A DNA stretch of 64,000 bases from an uncultured Pseudomonadota bacterium (GCA_963725905.1 CAVSAG010000002.1:804962-868961), one strand, 5' to 3'. Numbered from the stretch's first letter, positions 20,268 through 30,223 are shown. Notes: a model not told the origin generated them from the letters alone. Translations and numbers: made by a program.

Positions 20268-21614
20268 ATGGGGACGCGCGGGCAGGACACCACGACGCCC
20301 AACACCGCGCCGGTGGGGGCCGGCGGCGGCGAGCGGAGCATCGCCATCCGCTGGGTCTTCCCCACCGACGGCAACCTCACCCGTCTCGTTCCGGGGTCGA
20401 CGACGTTCGGGCGCGATCCCGACTGCACGGTTCCGCTCCCCAGCTCCTCCGTATCCCGTCGCCACGCCGAGATTCGCTGGACGCCGGGCGGAACGCCTCT
20501 CCTGCTCGACCTCAACAGCACCAACCACGTCTTCGTCAACGGGCAGGAGGTCAAGCACGCCAACCTCGAGCCCGGGGACGTCCTGCGCCTGGGAGATCGG
20601 GTGGGGATCGTCGTGGCGCTGACGGGGGAGGGCGCCGAGCCGTGGAGCTTTCGCGAGCTGACGGCGGGCTACTGGGGCGGCCCGGCGCTGCAGGCGGCGC
20701 TGGCGCCGGCCAGGCTGGTGGCCGGCACCGACCTGCCGATCATCATCCAGGGGGCGACCGGCTCGGGCAAGGAGGGGGCGGCGCGCGCCATTCACGCCTG
20801 GAGCCGGCGCTCGGGGCCGTTCGTGGCGATCAACTGCGCCGCGCTCCCGGAGACGCTGGCCGAGGCGGAGCTGTTCGGCTACCGCAAGGGGGCCTTCACC
20901 GGCGCCGACCGCGCCAGCCCGGGGTACCTGCGCGCGGCGGAGGGGGGGACGCTGTTCCTCGACGAGATCTCCGAGCTGTCGCTGCCGATCCAGGCCAAGC
21001 TGCTCCGCGCCGTCGAACAGCGCGAGCTCACGCCGCTCGGTGAGTCGACGCCGGTCGGGCTCGACGTGCGCCTGCTGGCGGCGACCCAGGCGCCGTTGCG
21101 CCAGGCGGTGAACGACAAGCGCTTTCGCGGCGATCTGCTGGCGCGGCTCGATGGCCTGACCGTCGCGCTCCCTTCGCTGCGTGATCGCGCCGACGAGATC
21201 CCGGCGCTGTTCCGCAAGATCGTCGAGATTCACGGCGGGCGATCGCTGCCGCCGCGGCTCGATCCGACCTTCGTCGAGGAGCTGTGCGTTCGCGACTGGC
21301 CGTTCAATGTCCGCGAGCTGGCGCTGCTGGCGCGCAAGCTGCTCGCGCTCTACCCGGACGGCGCGCTGCTCGACGGCAGCGCGCTCGGTGAACGGACGAT
21401 CGGCGAGGTCGGCGCCGCGGACCAGACGCGCCAGACGGCGGATATGCCGCCGCCCGACAACGAAGCCTTTGTCGCGGCGCTGCGGGCCCAGAACGGCAAC
21501 GTCAAGCAGACGGCGGAGGCGCTGGGGATCAGCCGTGGCCGCGCCTACCGGATGATGGAGAAGATCGACTCGCTCGATCTGGCGGCGCTCCGCCGGCGCG
21601 ACAATCCGGGCTGA
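20268..21614 (+). CDS. sigma-54-dependent Fis-family transcriptional activator with N-terminal FHA domain
   Basis: FHA (TFGRDPDCTVPLPSSSVSRRHAEIRW), AAA+ sigma54-interaction (IQGATGSGKEGAARAIH...GAFTGA...ESELFGH-like), C-terminal HTH (NGNVKQTAEALGISRGRAYRMMEK). Confidence 0.85.
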   Translation: MGTRGQDTTTPNTAPVGAGGGERSIAIRWVFPTDGNLTRLVPGSTTFGRDPDCTVPLPSSSVSRRHAEIRWTPGGTPLLLDLNSTNHVFVNGQEVKHANLEPGDVLRLGDRVGIVVALTGEGAEPWSFRELTAGYWGGPALQAALAPARLVAGTDLPIIIQGATGSGKEGAARAIHAWSRRSGPFVAINCAALPETLAEAELFGYRKGAFTGADRASPGYLRAAEGGTLFLDEISELSLPIQAKLLRAVEQRELTPLGESTPVGLDVRLLAATQAPLRQAVNDKRFRGDLLARLDGLTVALPSLRDRADEIPALFRKIVEIHGGRSLPPRLDPTFVEELCVRDWPFNVRELALLARKLLALYPDGALLDGSALGERTIGEVGAADQTRQTADMPPPDNEAFVAALRAQNGNVKQTAEALGISRGRAYRMMEKIDSLDLAALRRRDNPG

Positions 21615-21709
21615 CCTTACGCCTCGAGCCGCCGGGATGAGTTAAGCTTACCGGGCGGGCCGAGATGGTTTTTGAGCTCAAGCGGCCGCCGTGCGGCACT
21701 TTCCGATCG

Positions 21710-22306
21710 ATGGGCGAAAGGCGTTCCCGTCGTGCGCTGCGAGGCCTGGCGCTGGCGCTGGCGCTGGCTCTGACGATGGGCGCGGGCGCTGCCGGCTGCG
21801 GGTCCAACGCCGCGCCCACCGGGCCCCCGCCCATCACCGACGCCGACTTCGCGGTCTGCGAGGGGACGCCCGCCATCCACTTCGCGCCCGGCGTCGCCGT
21901 CCTGTCGGCTTCGGGCGCCTACCGCGTCAGCCTGCAGGCCGCATCCACCGCTCAGGCGGGAGCGACGACCCCGGTCCCGACCGCGGCGATCGGCCTCGGC
22001 GCATTCACCGTGGCGGTCACGCTCGCCGCCGGCGACGCGGGCGCCGACGCCGGGATGCCCGCGCCCGACGATCTCTCGATGACGGCGCCGCCCAAGACGC
22101 AGGCCGTCCCGGCGGATCCCTACATGCCGATCCACGGTCACGGGGGTTCGACCGTGCCCACGATCACGGCACAGGGGGCCGGCGTCTACAGCGTCGGGAA
22201 CCTCGACTTCTTCATGGGCGGCTACTGGGACCTCTACGTCGAGCTGACGCCCGCGGGCGGGACGCCCGATCTCGTGACCTTCCCGATTTGCATCCCCGAC
22301 GATTGA
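21710..22306 (+). CDS. hypothetical lipoprotein
   Basis: MGERRSRRALRGLALALALALTMGAGAAGCGS signal peptide plus lipobox; GC3 codon bias. Confidence 0.55.
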   Translation: MGERRSRRALRGLALALALALTMGAGAAGCGSNAAPTGPPPITDADFAVCEGTPAIHFAPGVAVLSASGAYRVSLQAASTAQAGATTPVPTAAIGLGAFTVAVTLAAGDAGADAGMPAPDDLSMTAPPKTQAVPADPYMPIHGHGGSTVPTITAQGAGVYSVGNLDFFMGGYWDLYVELTPAGGTPDLVTFPICIPDD

Positions 22307-22401
22307 TTGACCTCGGGACCCTCAAAGGGTCCCGACCCCCCGCGATGGGCTGCGGCGGCAGAGCCGCCTCCGCCCGACGCGTGTACGCGTCGCCGGTCCC
22401 G

Positions 22402-23928
22402 TCAGGGCGCGGGGGGCGGCGCGGGGCAGTGGGCGTGGCTGGTGGTCATGGTGATGTTGCTCTTGTAGGCCCCGGTCGCCACGCAGGTCATGATCGCGCC
22501 GGTCGCGCTGTCGGTCGCCTGGAAGCTGCCGGCGCCGCTCGGCGTCCAGTCGAGCACCGCGCCGCCCCCCAGCGTGTAGCGCGCGATCTGCGGCGGCACC
22601 GACGGGTCGAGGTCCTGGCTCGCCACCAGGCTGCCGAGCACGTCGTCGCCGATCGCCTGCAGGTGAACGGCCACCGTGACGTGATCGGGCGTGGCCGGCA
22701 GCGCGCCGGCGCTCGGGTAGGCGAGCGTGAAGTGCGTCTGGTAGGTGCTGGGATCCATCGCGTTCTGGATCAGCAGGCCGGGGAGCTGGTTGCTCGGCGC
22801 CAGCGTCACCGCCTGCCAGAACATGTCGACCTGGGCGCCGCCGGCGTCGTAGAGGCAGTCGCGAATGAGCCACAGATCGGGATCGGGAGAGGCGTCCTCG
22901 AGCGGCAGCGCGCTCCCGAAGCTGCCGGCGGCGTCGCTGTTGCCGCTGGCGTAGACGACGGCGCCCTCCTTGAAAGCCGTCAGCTCGACCCAGGCGCGCC
23001 GATCGGGCGTGGCGCCGCTCGGCCAGCTGTGCCCCGAGGCGCCCGTGTTGTCGAGCGTGAGCACCAGCTTGTTCGTGATCGGGTTCAAGCAGAGCGTCTC
23101 CTGGAGCGCCGTGGCCAGGAACGCCGACGCGGCCGCCTGCTGGGCGGCGTTCTGCGGCGCGACGCCGTTGGTGGCGTCGGCCAGCGGGAAATCGCCGACC
23201 GCCAGATCGACCGCCGAGAGCAGGTGACTGTGGACGCGGCGGATCTTGGTCGGCGTCGTGGTCGAGACGGCGCCGTCGCTGGCGACCATGTGGCACTCGG
23301 CGCAGCTCTCGCCCCCCGGCGTCTTCGCCAGCGTGGTCGCCGACCACTCGGCGAACGTTCGCTCGACGTGGGCCCCCTGCAGGTTCTGGATGTCGTGGCA
23401 GCTGCCGCAGGCGTTGGCCGAATCGATCGTCGCTCCGTCGAGCAGCCGCGAGTAGGAGACCGTGTGCGGTGAGCCCGGGACCGGATCGTCGAACGGGCCG
23501 AAGAGGCCGCCGTTCGAGGCGAGCGTGAGCGGGTTGTTGTGCGTGCCGGTGACCTGCTCGATCGAGTGGCAGAAATAGCAGGTGACGCCCTTCATCGGCG
23601 CAGCGAGCGCGTCGAGGTTGGTGCCGTCGGTCTTCCCCTCGCGCACCGCGACCGGCGCGTGGCAGTTGACGCAGAAGGTGCCGAGCGCCTGGCTGGTCTC
23701 GCGCTCCGCCCGCTGGTTCATCGCGCGGAACACGGGATCGTCGGTGGCGTAGGCGTGCATGCTCCCCGACCAGTCCTGGAACTGCTGCGGGTGACAGGTC
23801 TTGCAGGTGAGCGGATCCATCAGCTCCGCTTGGGTGAGCGTCCCCGTTCCGGCGCCCGAGCCGCAACCGCCGAGCGCACCCAGAGCCAACGTGACGCAGA
23901 TAACGGCGCTCCGGGCCCTCGGTTTCAT
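22402..23928 (-). CDS. multiheme c-type cytochrome lipoprotein (5 CxxCH motifs)
   Basis: CKTCH, CVNCH, CYFCH, CGSCH, CAECH; signal peptide plus lipobox LALGALGGCGS. Confidence 0.85.
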   Translation of the reverse strand: MKPRARSAVICVTLALGALGGCGSGAGTGTLTQAELMDPLTCKTCHPQQFQDWSGSMHAYATDDPVFRAMNQRAERETSQALGTFCVNCHAPVAVREGKTDGTNLDALAAPMKGVTCYFCHSIEQVTGTHNNPLTLASNGGLFGPFDDPVPGSPHTVSYSRLLDGATIDSANACGSCHDIQNLQGAHVERTFAEWSATTLAKTPGGESCAECHMVASDGAVSTTTPTKIRRVHSHLLSAVDLAVGDFPLADATNGVAPQNAAQQAAASAFLATALQETLCLNPITNKLVLTLDNTGASGHSWPSGATPDRRAWVELTAFKEGAVVYASGNSDAAGSFGSALPLEDASPDPDLWLIRDCLYDAGGAQVDMFWQAVTLAPSNQLPGLLIQNAMDPSTYQTHFTLAYPSAGALPATPDHVTVAVHLQAIGDDVLGSLVASQDLDPSVPPQIARYTLGGGAVLDWTPSGAGSFQATDSATGAIMTCVATGAYKSNITMTTSHAHCPAPPPAP

Positions 23929-23974
23929 GGCTATGAAGTATGGGCTCGAGGGCTGCGCGTGTCACAATTCGACC

Positions 23975-24382
23975 GTGAGGCCGCGGCGCGTTCGCACGAC
24001 CGTCGTTCTGGCGCTCGCGCTGGCGCCGCTCGGGTGCCACCAGGCCGCCGTCTACTGCCCGCCGCCGCCAGTCGCCAGTCCGGATGCCGGCTGCCCCAGT
24101 TTCGCCAACGACGTCTACCCGAACGTCATCAAACCGGTCTGCGTCGGCTGCCACAGCCGCGACGGCGGAGAGCCGTCGATGCCGTTCCTCACCTATCAGC
24201 AGATCTACGGAAAGAACGCGCAGGAGGTGCTCGCGATCAAAACCCAGGTCTTCTACAACTGCACCATGCCGCCCAGCAACGCGCCTTTGATGTTGACCGA
24301 CGACCAGCGACAGACGCTTTTCGACTGGCTCGCTTGCGGCGCGCCCAACAACCTCGTCACCGACGGTGGCGCCGGCGACTGA
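23975..24382 (+). CDS. c-type cytochrome domain lipoprotein (PSCyt1-like, single CxxCH)
   Basis: Signal VRPRRVRTTVVLALALAPLGC (GTG start; earlier ATGs at 23927/23933 are also possible). VYPNVIKPVCVGCHS...QVFYNCTMPP...LFDWLACGAP resembles the Planctomycete-type cytochrome c domain. Confidence 0.55.
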   Translation: MRPRRVRTTVVLALALAPLGCHQAAVYCPPPPVASPDAGCPSFANDVYPNVIKPVCVGCHSRDGGEPSMPFLTYQQIYGKNAQEVLAIKTQVFYNCTMPPSNAPLMLTDDQRQTLFDWLACGAPNNLVTDGGAGD

Positions 24383-24408
24383 GCGGCGTCCTCTCCGGGA
24401 GACGCTCT

Positions 24409-25066
24409 ACGGCACCTGGACGAAGAACGCGGCGTGGCCGTGGGGCGAGTCGTCCTGGCTGTCGCTGCACTCCTCGAACAGGTGGAAGCGGACCTGCCAG
24501 ATACCCGCTTGGGGAAACGCAAGGGGACCGACCTTGTAGATGCCGGGCGCGATCTCCGTCGACGGATTCCTCGGCGCCGGCACGCCCGCCGCTCAGGTTC
24601 CCGGGGAGCGAGACGTCGGGGCGGATGCCGGCGCAGGTGGCGGGCATCATGTCCGCCAGGCGGATCGCGGTGACGGTGAAGTAGGTGTCCGCTTTCTCTT
24701 TGATCGGCGTCGCCGTCCAGCTGATGTAGTACTTGCAGTCGTCGTCGTTCCCGGCCGCGCCGTACATCGTCGGACCGTAGTCGGTGCTGGCGACTCGCGC
24801 CCCCGTCGGCGCCGGCGCCCTCGTTGAACGTGACGTTGCAGCTCGCCGTGTTCGACGGGAGCGAGAGTGGGATCGAGCACGTCGCAGACGCCGATCGTCT
24901 GGATGGTCAGCCCGCCGTCGCTGGCCTTGCAGTGATCGTCTGGCGGTCCGATGACGACGCCGGCCGGTGAGTCGGCGCCGCCGCTGCTGCTGCTGTTGCT
25001 GCTGCAAGCGGCGGCCGACCAGCGCTGACCGCGATGAAGGCGACGGAGACGATCGACTTGGTCATG
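24409..25066 (-). pseudogene. secreted protein gene broken into 4 reading frames (3 frameshifts)
   Basis: Signal MTKSIVSVAFIAVSAG is followed by a GCA/GCG microsatellite. Later segments (...GVVIGPPDDHCKASDGGLTIQ...; ...DDDCKYYISWTATPIKEKADTYFTVTAIRL...; ...IAPGIYKVGPLAFPQAGIWQVRFHLFEECSD...FFVQVP*) all keep good GC3 codon usage. Confidence 0.4.
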
Positions 25067-25180
25067 TGGCCTCTCCCTGGCCTCGTACCGTAGTGGCGTT
25101 CCAAGGCTGAGGCGCTGTGTAAAATTTTCGCAGCCGGGTGCGAAAATTTTTCGCACGCTCCGTCGGTGACGATCGGCGCG

Positions 25181-25713
25181 TCACGCGCGCGGCGGGTACT
25201 TCTTCAGTTTGAGCTGCAGCGTGCGGCGCGTGATCCCGAGCCGCCGCGCCGCCTCGGAGATGTTCTGGTTGGTGTCGGCGAGGATGCGCTGGATGTGCTC
25301 CCACTCGGCGCGCGCCAGGGTGGGGGAGGGGGCTTCCGCCTCGGCGCGCGGCGCGGCCTCGCCGGTCAGCGCGGCGACCACCTGCTCGGCGTCGACGGGC
25401 TTCGAGAGGTAGTCGTGCGCGCCGGCCCTCAGCGCCTCGACCGCCGAGGTGATGCTGCCGTAGCCGGTGAGGACCACGATGCGCGCGCCCGGCGCGAGCG
25501 CGTGCAACGGGCCGATGAGCGCCAGGCCGGAGAGCCCCGGCATCCGCAGATCGACCACCGCGAAGTCCGGCCTGCGCGCGCCGGCGGCAGCGATCGCGGC
25601 GTCGTGATCGGCGGCGGTCGCCACCTCGTAGCCGCGGCCGCGCAGCGCGCGTGCGAGCCGCTCGCGGAAGACCTCATCGTCGTCGACCAGGAGGATCGCC
25701 CCGCCCGCGGTCA
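25181..25713 (-). CDS. two-component response regulator (receiver + Fis-type HTH; RegA/PrrA/ActR-like)
   Basis: MTAGGAILLVDDDEVFRERLARAL...DLRMPGLSGL...NISEAARRLGITRRTLQLKLKKY; ATG at 25713. Confidence 0.85.
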
Positions 25714-25730
25714 TGGGACAGCCTTCATCT

Positions 25731-26993
25731 TCATGGCCGCCCCGCGACCGGCAGCCAGAGCGTCGCCGTCGTGCCGGCGCCGGGCGCCGAGCGGATCGAC
25801 AGCCCGCCGCCGAGTCGCTCGACGATCGTCCGCGCCAGGAAGATCCCGAGGCCCATCCCCTGTCCGGTCGGCTTGGTGGTGAAGAACGGCTCGCCCACGC
25901 GCGCCACCAGGTCGGCCGGAATGCCGGCGCCGTGATCGGCGATCTCGAAGACCAGCCGGTGGGCTGCGTCGTCGGCCGCCACGTGCAGGGTGACGGGCGC
26001 GCCCGGCGGCGACGCCTGCCGGGCATTGTCGACGAGGCCGCGCAACGCCTGCCCGAAGGCGTGGCGGGGGAGCGCCGTGACCGCGCCCGCGGCGGCGTCG
26101 TCGACGGTGACATCGACCGCGCGATCACCGTCGGCGAGGCAGTCGTTCAAGATCTCGCGCACCGAGACGTTCGCGAACCGCTCGCCGGCCGGATCGCCGG
26201 CATCGACGCGCATGCGGGCCAGGATCCGCCCGCACCGCTCCACCTCCTGGCGCATGAGGCGAACGTCGTCGGCAGCGGCGGGGGCGATCACGGCCGCCAT
26301 TTCGCGCTCGAGGTCCTTGGCCACCACCGCGATCGTCGACAGCGGCGTGGCCAGCTCGTGCGCGGCGCCGGCCGCCAGCGTCGCCAGCGACGCCAGCCGC
26401 TCCTGCCGGGAGGCCAGGCTGCGCGACGCCGACAGCTCCTCCTCGCGCGCTGCCAGCGCCCGCCGCACGCGCAGCAGGAAGTAGACGATGAAGGCCGCCG
26501 CGACGCCGAACGCCACCCACATCCCGCGCAGGTGCAGCGCCATGTGCCCGGCGTGCCCCCCGCCCATCGGCAGCGGCTGGTGATGCGCGAACAGCACCAG
26601 CGACGACGCCAGCGACAGCAGCACCAAGAGCCAGGTCCAGGCCGAGCGCAGCGTGATGGCGGCGATGGCGATCGGGACCAGGTAGAGGAAGCTGAACGGG
26701 TTCTCCGGTCCGCCTGTGAAGTAGAGCAACCCGGAGAAGGCGATCACGTCGAACGCCATCACCGCCAGCAACCACCACTCCTCGGCCGGGCGCTTCCGTG
26801 CGACGACGATGCAGACCAGATTGGAGACGAGCGCCAGCCCGACCAGCGCAAACAGCGGCGCGACGGGTATCTCCAGGTTCATCCCCCAGCGCACCGCGGC
26901 GATCGTCAGCGCTTGACCGGCGACCGTCGCGAACCGCAGCCGGACCAGCCAGCCGAAGTTGATCCGTGCGGGCGAGACCGGCTCCTCCACCAT
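25731..26993 (-). CDS. sensor histidine kinase (RegB/PrrB/ActS-like, polytopic membrane N-terminus)
   Basis: Six predicted TM helices. H-box AAGAAHELATPLSTI. HATPase region ADHGAGIP...GQGMGLGI. Confidence 0.85.
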   Translation of the reverse strand: MVEEPVSPARINFGWLVRLRFATVAGQALTIAAVRWGMNLEIPVAPLFALVGLALVSNLVCIVVARKRPAEEWWLLAVMAFDVIAFSGLLYFTGGPENPFSFLYLVPIAIAAITLRSAWTWLLVLLSLASSLVLFAHHQPLPMGGGHAGHMALHLRGMWVAFGVAAAFIVYFLLRVRRALAAREEELSASRSLASRQERLASLATLAAGAAHELATPLSTIAVVAKDLEREMAAVIAPAAADDVRLMRQEVERCGRILARMRVDAGDPAGERFANVSVREILNDCLADGDRAVDVTVDDAAAGAVTALPRHAFGQALRGLVDNARQASPPGAPVTLHVAADDAAHRLVFEIADHGAGIPADLVARVGEPFFTTKPTGQGMGLGIFLARTIVERLGGGLSIRSAPGAGTTATLWLPVAGRP

Positions 26994-27000
26994 GCTTGGG

Positions 27001-27435
27001 CTAACTATATGACGTTGGCGGCCCTTTCACCTGCGAGGGCGCTTTCATCCGCGCCAGGCGCGCCAGCGTCTCCAGGAGCACCGCGGGCTGAATCGGCTTG
27101 GGGCAGAGCTCGATCGGGCCGAGCTGGCTGCGCATCGAATCGGGGCTGAACCCGGCCGCCGTCACCAGAACGACAGGGACGGTCGCGAACGCCGGGTCCT
27201 CGAGCTGCTCGCGCCGGAAGTCCCAGCCGTCGCAGTTGGGCATCATGAGGTCGAGCAGGATGACGGCCGGGCGCAGCCCGCCCCGCAGGGTCTGGAGCGC
27301 CTCCCCGCCGTCGGCGGTGGCCGCGACCGCGTACCCCTCGCTGGCCAGGAGCTCGGTCAGCGCCCGCCGGACGTCGGGGTCGTCCTCAACCACGAGGATG
27401 GTCTGGGCCAGCTCCGGCACGGTAACCCACAACAT
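27001..27435 (-). CDS. single-domain response regulator (receiver only)
   Basis: TILVVEDDPDVRRALTELLASEGYAVAATADGGEAL...ILLDLMMPNCDGWDF...KP. Confidence 0.8.
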   Translation of the reverse strand: MLWVTVPELAQTILVVEDDPDVRRALTELLASEGYAVAATADGGEALQTLRGGLRPAVILLDLMMPNCDGWDFRREQLEDPAFATVPVVLVTAAGFSPDSMRSQLGPIELCPKPIQPAVLLETLARLARMKAPSQVKGPPTSYS

Positions 27436-27553
27436 CGTCCGCGTGGCGAGCCCGTCAAGGGCCCAGGGCGCCTAAATCGTACAACATTGACCGGGACGGA
27501 CGGTCCGGGCCGGGGCCCGCCGGAAAATCGGCCGTTACGGGACGGTTCAAGCT

Positions 27554-28174
27554 TTGGCGCGGCCGGTCGATTCTGGAGGTATGAGCAGCATCGCGCTCAG
27601 CCGGCAAGCTCCCTATCCCGTCCGCGTGCAGCAGAGGCGCTGTGGGAAGTGCGGCAAGCTGGTGTCGCGCGCGGCGTACGCCTGTCGGCGTTGCGGGAAG
27701 AGCCAGCGGGTTCGGCCGCGCACCTTGCTCCTCTTTCTGGCGGGCGGGCTCATGGTCGGGATGTTCGCCGTGGCCAGCGCGGGCGCGCTCGTGCCCCAAG
27801 CTCATCCGTCCGAGGCAACGGCCGTCGTGCCGCCGCCCGCCGCCCGCGGTCTCGCGGCGTCGCGCACGCTCGAGATCAGCGCGACCGATCTCGGGATCGC
27901 CTACTCGCGCGACGCGGCCGACGCCGATCGGGCCTACCGCGATCGCTCGCTGACGGTGACCGGGATCGTCCGCTCGGTCGACCGAAACTACGAGGGGGAC
28001 ATGGTCGTGCGGCTCGGGACCGGCGACGCCTTCGACACGGTCAACGCCACGCTCGCCACCCGGAACGACCCCGCGCTCGGGGCCCTGGCCAAGGGGCGGG
28101 TGGCGTCGCTGCTCTGCGTGGGACGGGGCGCGCTGATGGGCGCGCCGCTGCTGGGCAGCTGCTTCCTCAGATAG
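27554..28174 (+). CDS. zinc-ribbon / single-TM / OB-fold (tRNA_anti-like) domain protein
   Basis: CGKCGK...CRRCGK zinc ribbon, one TM helix, C-terminal ATDLGIAYSRDAADADRAYRDRSLTVTGIV...GDMVVRL OB-fold-like module. Confidence 0.55.
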   Translation: MARPVDSGGMSSIALSRQAPYPVRVQQRRCGKCGKLVSRAAYACRRCGKSQRVRPRTLLLFLAGGLMVGMFAVASAGALVPQAHPSEATAVVPPPAARGLAASRTLEISATDLGIAYSRDAADADRAYRDRSLTVTGIVRSVDRNYEGDMVVRLGTGDAFDTVNATLATRNDPALGALAKGRVASLLCVGRGALMGAPLLGSCFLR

Positions 28175-28907
28175 CCGCGCCGGTCGGCCGCCCGCGGCGC
28201 GCGGCGTAGCCGGCCGAGGCGACGAGCAGTCGCGCGTGCAGCGCCTCGGCCGACAGCTGGCCGGGCGCCGTGGCGCCGGCGACGAACCCGTACGCCAGCA
28301 GCGACCCCGCGGCCGCCAGCTCGACCCGCAGCCCGTCGTCGGTCGCCGCCATGCCGATGACCGCGGTCCGCTCCGGGCGGCGCGCGAGCAGCGTGCGCAG
28401 GGCCGCGCGGTCCCCGGGGCCCTTCACCGCGGTCGCGACCTTGGCCACCGCGCCCGGCGCGGCGGCGTGACAGGCGTCGACGCAGGCGAGCAGGGCCTCG
28501 AGCGGCGGCGTGGCGGCGAAGTCGTGGTGCGAGACCACCAGCCGCCCGCCCGCGCGTGCGCGCACCAGCGCCGCCACGTCGCCCAGGATCGCCGCGTCGT
28601 CCTCGACGTCGGCCCAGGAGGCGACGGCCAGCGCCGCGCGAAAACGCTCGAGGCGCTCTCCCTCGCCCGCCGTGAAGCGGCCCCCCTGCGATGCGCTGCG
28701 GATGGTCACCAGGACGGGTGTCCCGCTGGCCTCGAGTCGGGCGCAGGCCTCGGCGCCGCCGTCGATGCGCTGGTCGGCGAAGAGATCGACGCGCGCCTCG
28801 ACCAGGTCGAACGGGCGCGCGCCGCGGTCGAGCGCGGCGCACGCGCCGAGCGCCGCCACGCTGTCGGCGACGCCGACGATCAAGGGACCGCGCGCCAGAT
28901 CCAACAT
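28167..28907 (-). CDS. aroD: 3-dehydroquinate dehydratase, type I
   Basis: Type I DHQase pattern with VVSHHDF and catalytic Lys region AVAKVATAV; 246 aa. Confidence 0.75.
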   Translation of the reverse strand: MLDLARGPLIVGVADSVAALGACAALDRGARPFDLVEARVDLFADQRIDGGAEACARLEASGTPVLVTIRSASQGGRFTAGEGERLERFRAALAVASWADVEDDAAILGDVAALVRARAGGRLVVSHHDFAATPPLEALLACVDACHAAAPGAVAKVATAVKGPGDRAALRTLLARRPERTAVIGMAATDDGLRVELAAAGSLLAYGFVAGATAPGQLSAEALHARLLVASAGYAARRGRPTGAAI

Positions 28908-29032
28908 CCGGCTAGCCTACCAGGATCCCGCCCCTCGCCGCCGGCCGCGGAGTCGCGTCCGCGGCGGCCGCCCCGCTGTTTCCAGGCGCCGCCGGCCGCG
29001 GAGTCGCGTCCCGCGGCGGCGCACCACCGTTT

Positions 29033-29455
29033 CTAGGCGCCGCCCGCGCCGCCGCCGCCGAGAGTCCCGGCCGCGCCACCGCCGCCGAGGGTCCCGGCCG
29101 CGCCACCGCCGCCGAGAGTCCCGGCCGCGCCGCCGCCGCCGAGGGCACCGCCCCCGCCAGCCGCACCACCCGCACCCGCGCCGCCGCCCGCCGCGCCCGC
29201 CGCGCCGCCTGCGCCGCCCGCCGCGCTGGCGCCCGCAGCACCGCCGGCTCCGGCGGCACCGCCCGCGTCACCCGCGTCGACGGCCGCTGCTCCGCCGCCG
29301 CCAGCGTCGTGGGTGGGCTCGACGAACTTGCCGTTCCCGCTGTTGTCGGTGCATCCCCAGACGAACAGCGTGCCCGCGCCGGCCAGGGCCGCGATCAACG
29401 CCAGCGACCCCTTCGACTTGCCGGCCGACTTTGGGACGAAACGGTCATCCGCCAT
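29033..29455 (-). CDS. small lipoprotein with Gly/Ala-rich low-complexity C-terminus
   Basis: MADDRFVPKSAGKSKGSLALIAALAGAGTLFVWGC then (GGAAG/GGGAAGTLGGGG) repeats; upstream part of the track ORF is filler. Confidence 0.5.
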   Translation of the reverse strand: MADDRFVPKSAGKSKGSLALIAALAGAGTLFVWGCTDNSGNGKFVEPTHDAGGGGAAAVDAGDAGGAAGAGGAAGASAAGGAGGAAGAAGGGAGAGGAAGGGGALGGGGAAGTLGGGGAAGTLGGGGAAGTLGGGGAGGA

Positions 29456-29588
29456 CGCGATCTTCTCCTTGGCCGATAAGGGGCCGCCCAGCAGGGTACG
29501 CCAGCTCATGCGTACCCGGCAAGTTCGGCCGGGACGCGCCGCTACTCTAGGCGGCGCCTGCTCGTGGCGGCCCCTGCTCGGACTTTGC

Positions 29589-30101
29589 TCAGCCCGTGCC
29601 GCCGGCGTCGACGTTCGAACCGCCGCTACCAGTTGCGCCGCCGCTGCCGGTCGATCCACCGCTTCCGGTCGTTCCCGCCGCGCCCGTCGTGCCGCCGGTC
29701 CCCGCCTTCCCCGCCGCACCCGTGGCGCCGCCGGTCCCGGTCGTCCCCCCGGCCCCGGTGGTTCCCGCGGCGCCCGTCGTTCCCGCTGCCCCCGTCGCGC
29801 CACCCTTGCCGGTCGCGCCACCCGTGCCGGGCGTGCCGCCCGTGCCTGGGGTGCCACCCGTCGCGGGGGTGCCGCCGGTCCCGGTCGTCCCGCCGGTCGC
29901 GGGAGGGGCGCCGGCCGCCCCCGTCGTGCCCGCGGCGCCGGGCGCGTCGACCGCGGCGTCCATGTTCGCCGGTGCGCCCGCGGCCCCATCGAGCGTGTCG
30001 TTCTGGAAGGTCGACTGCCCCTCCAGATACGCCGAGTCGTCCTCGCAGGAGATCAACGGGGCGGCGCAAACCAGAGCGGCTAGAAGCATGAGCCGTCGCA
30101 T
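29589..30101 (-). CDS. lipoprotein with Gly/Thr-rich (GTTGAAG) repeats
   Basis: [19 protein letters not shown] lipobox followed by more than 20 GT(T/P)G(A/T)xG repeats. Confidence 0.55.
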   Translation of the reverse strand: MRRLMLLAALVCAAPLISCEDDSAYLEGQSTFQNDTLDGAAGAPANMDAAVDAPGAAGTTGAAGAPPATGGTTGTGGTPATGGTPGTGGTPGTGGATGKGGATGAAGTTGAAGTTGAGGTTGTGGATGAAGKAGTGGTTGAAGTTGSGGSTGSGGATGSGGSNVDAGGTG

Positions 30102-30223
30102 CGGACCATCCTAACCCGCCAGCCAGGAATAGGAGACCTCAATCCTATCGCGATGGTATCGGGCTTTGCGTCAACGATGGTGCACTCGACGCAACCTGAG
30201 TAAGCTCGCGCCGAATATCGGCC

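Noticed and set aside
21615-21710. Possible sigma54 (-24/-12) promoter downstream of the FHA-sigma54 activator gene
   Set aside because: Only a partial GGCAC match without a correctly spaced TTGC/GC element.
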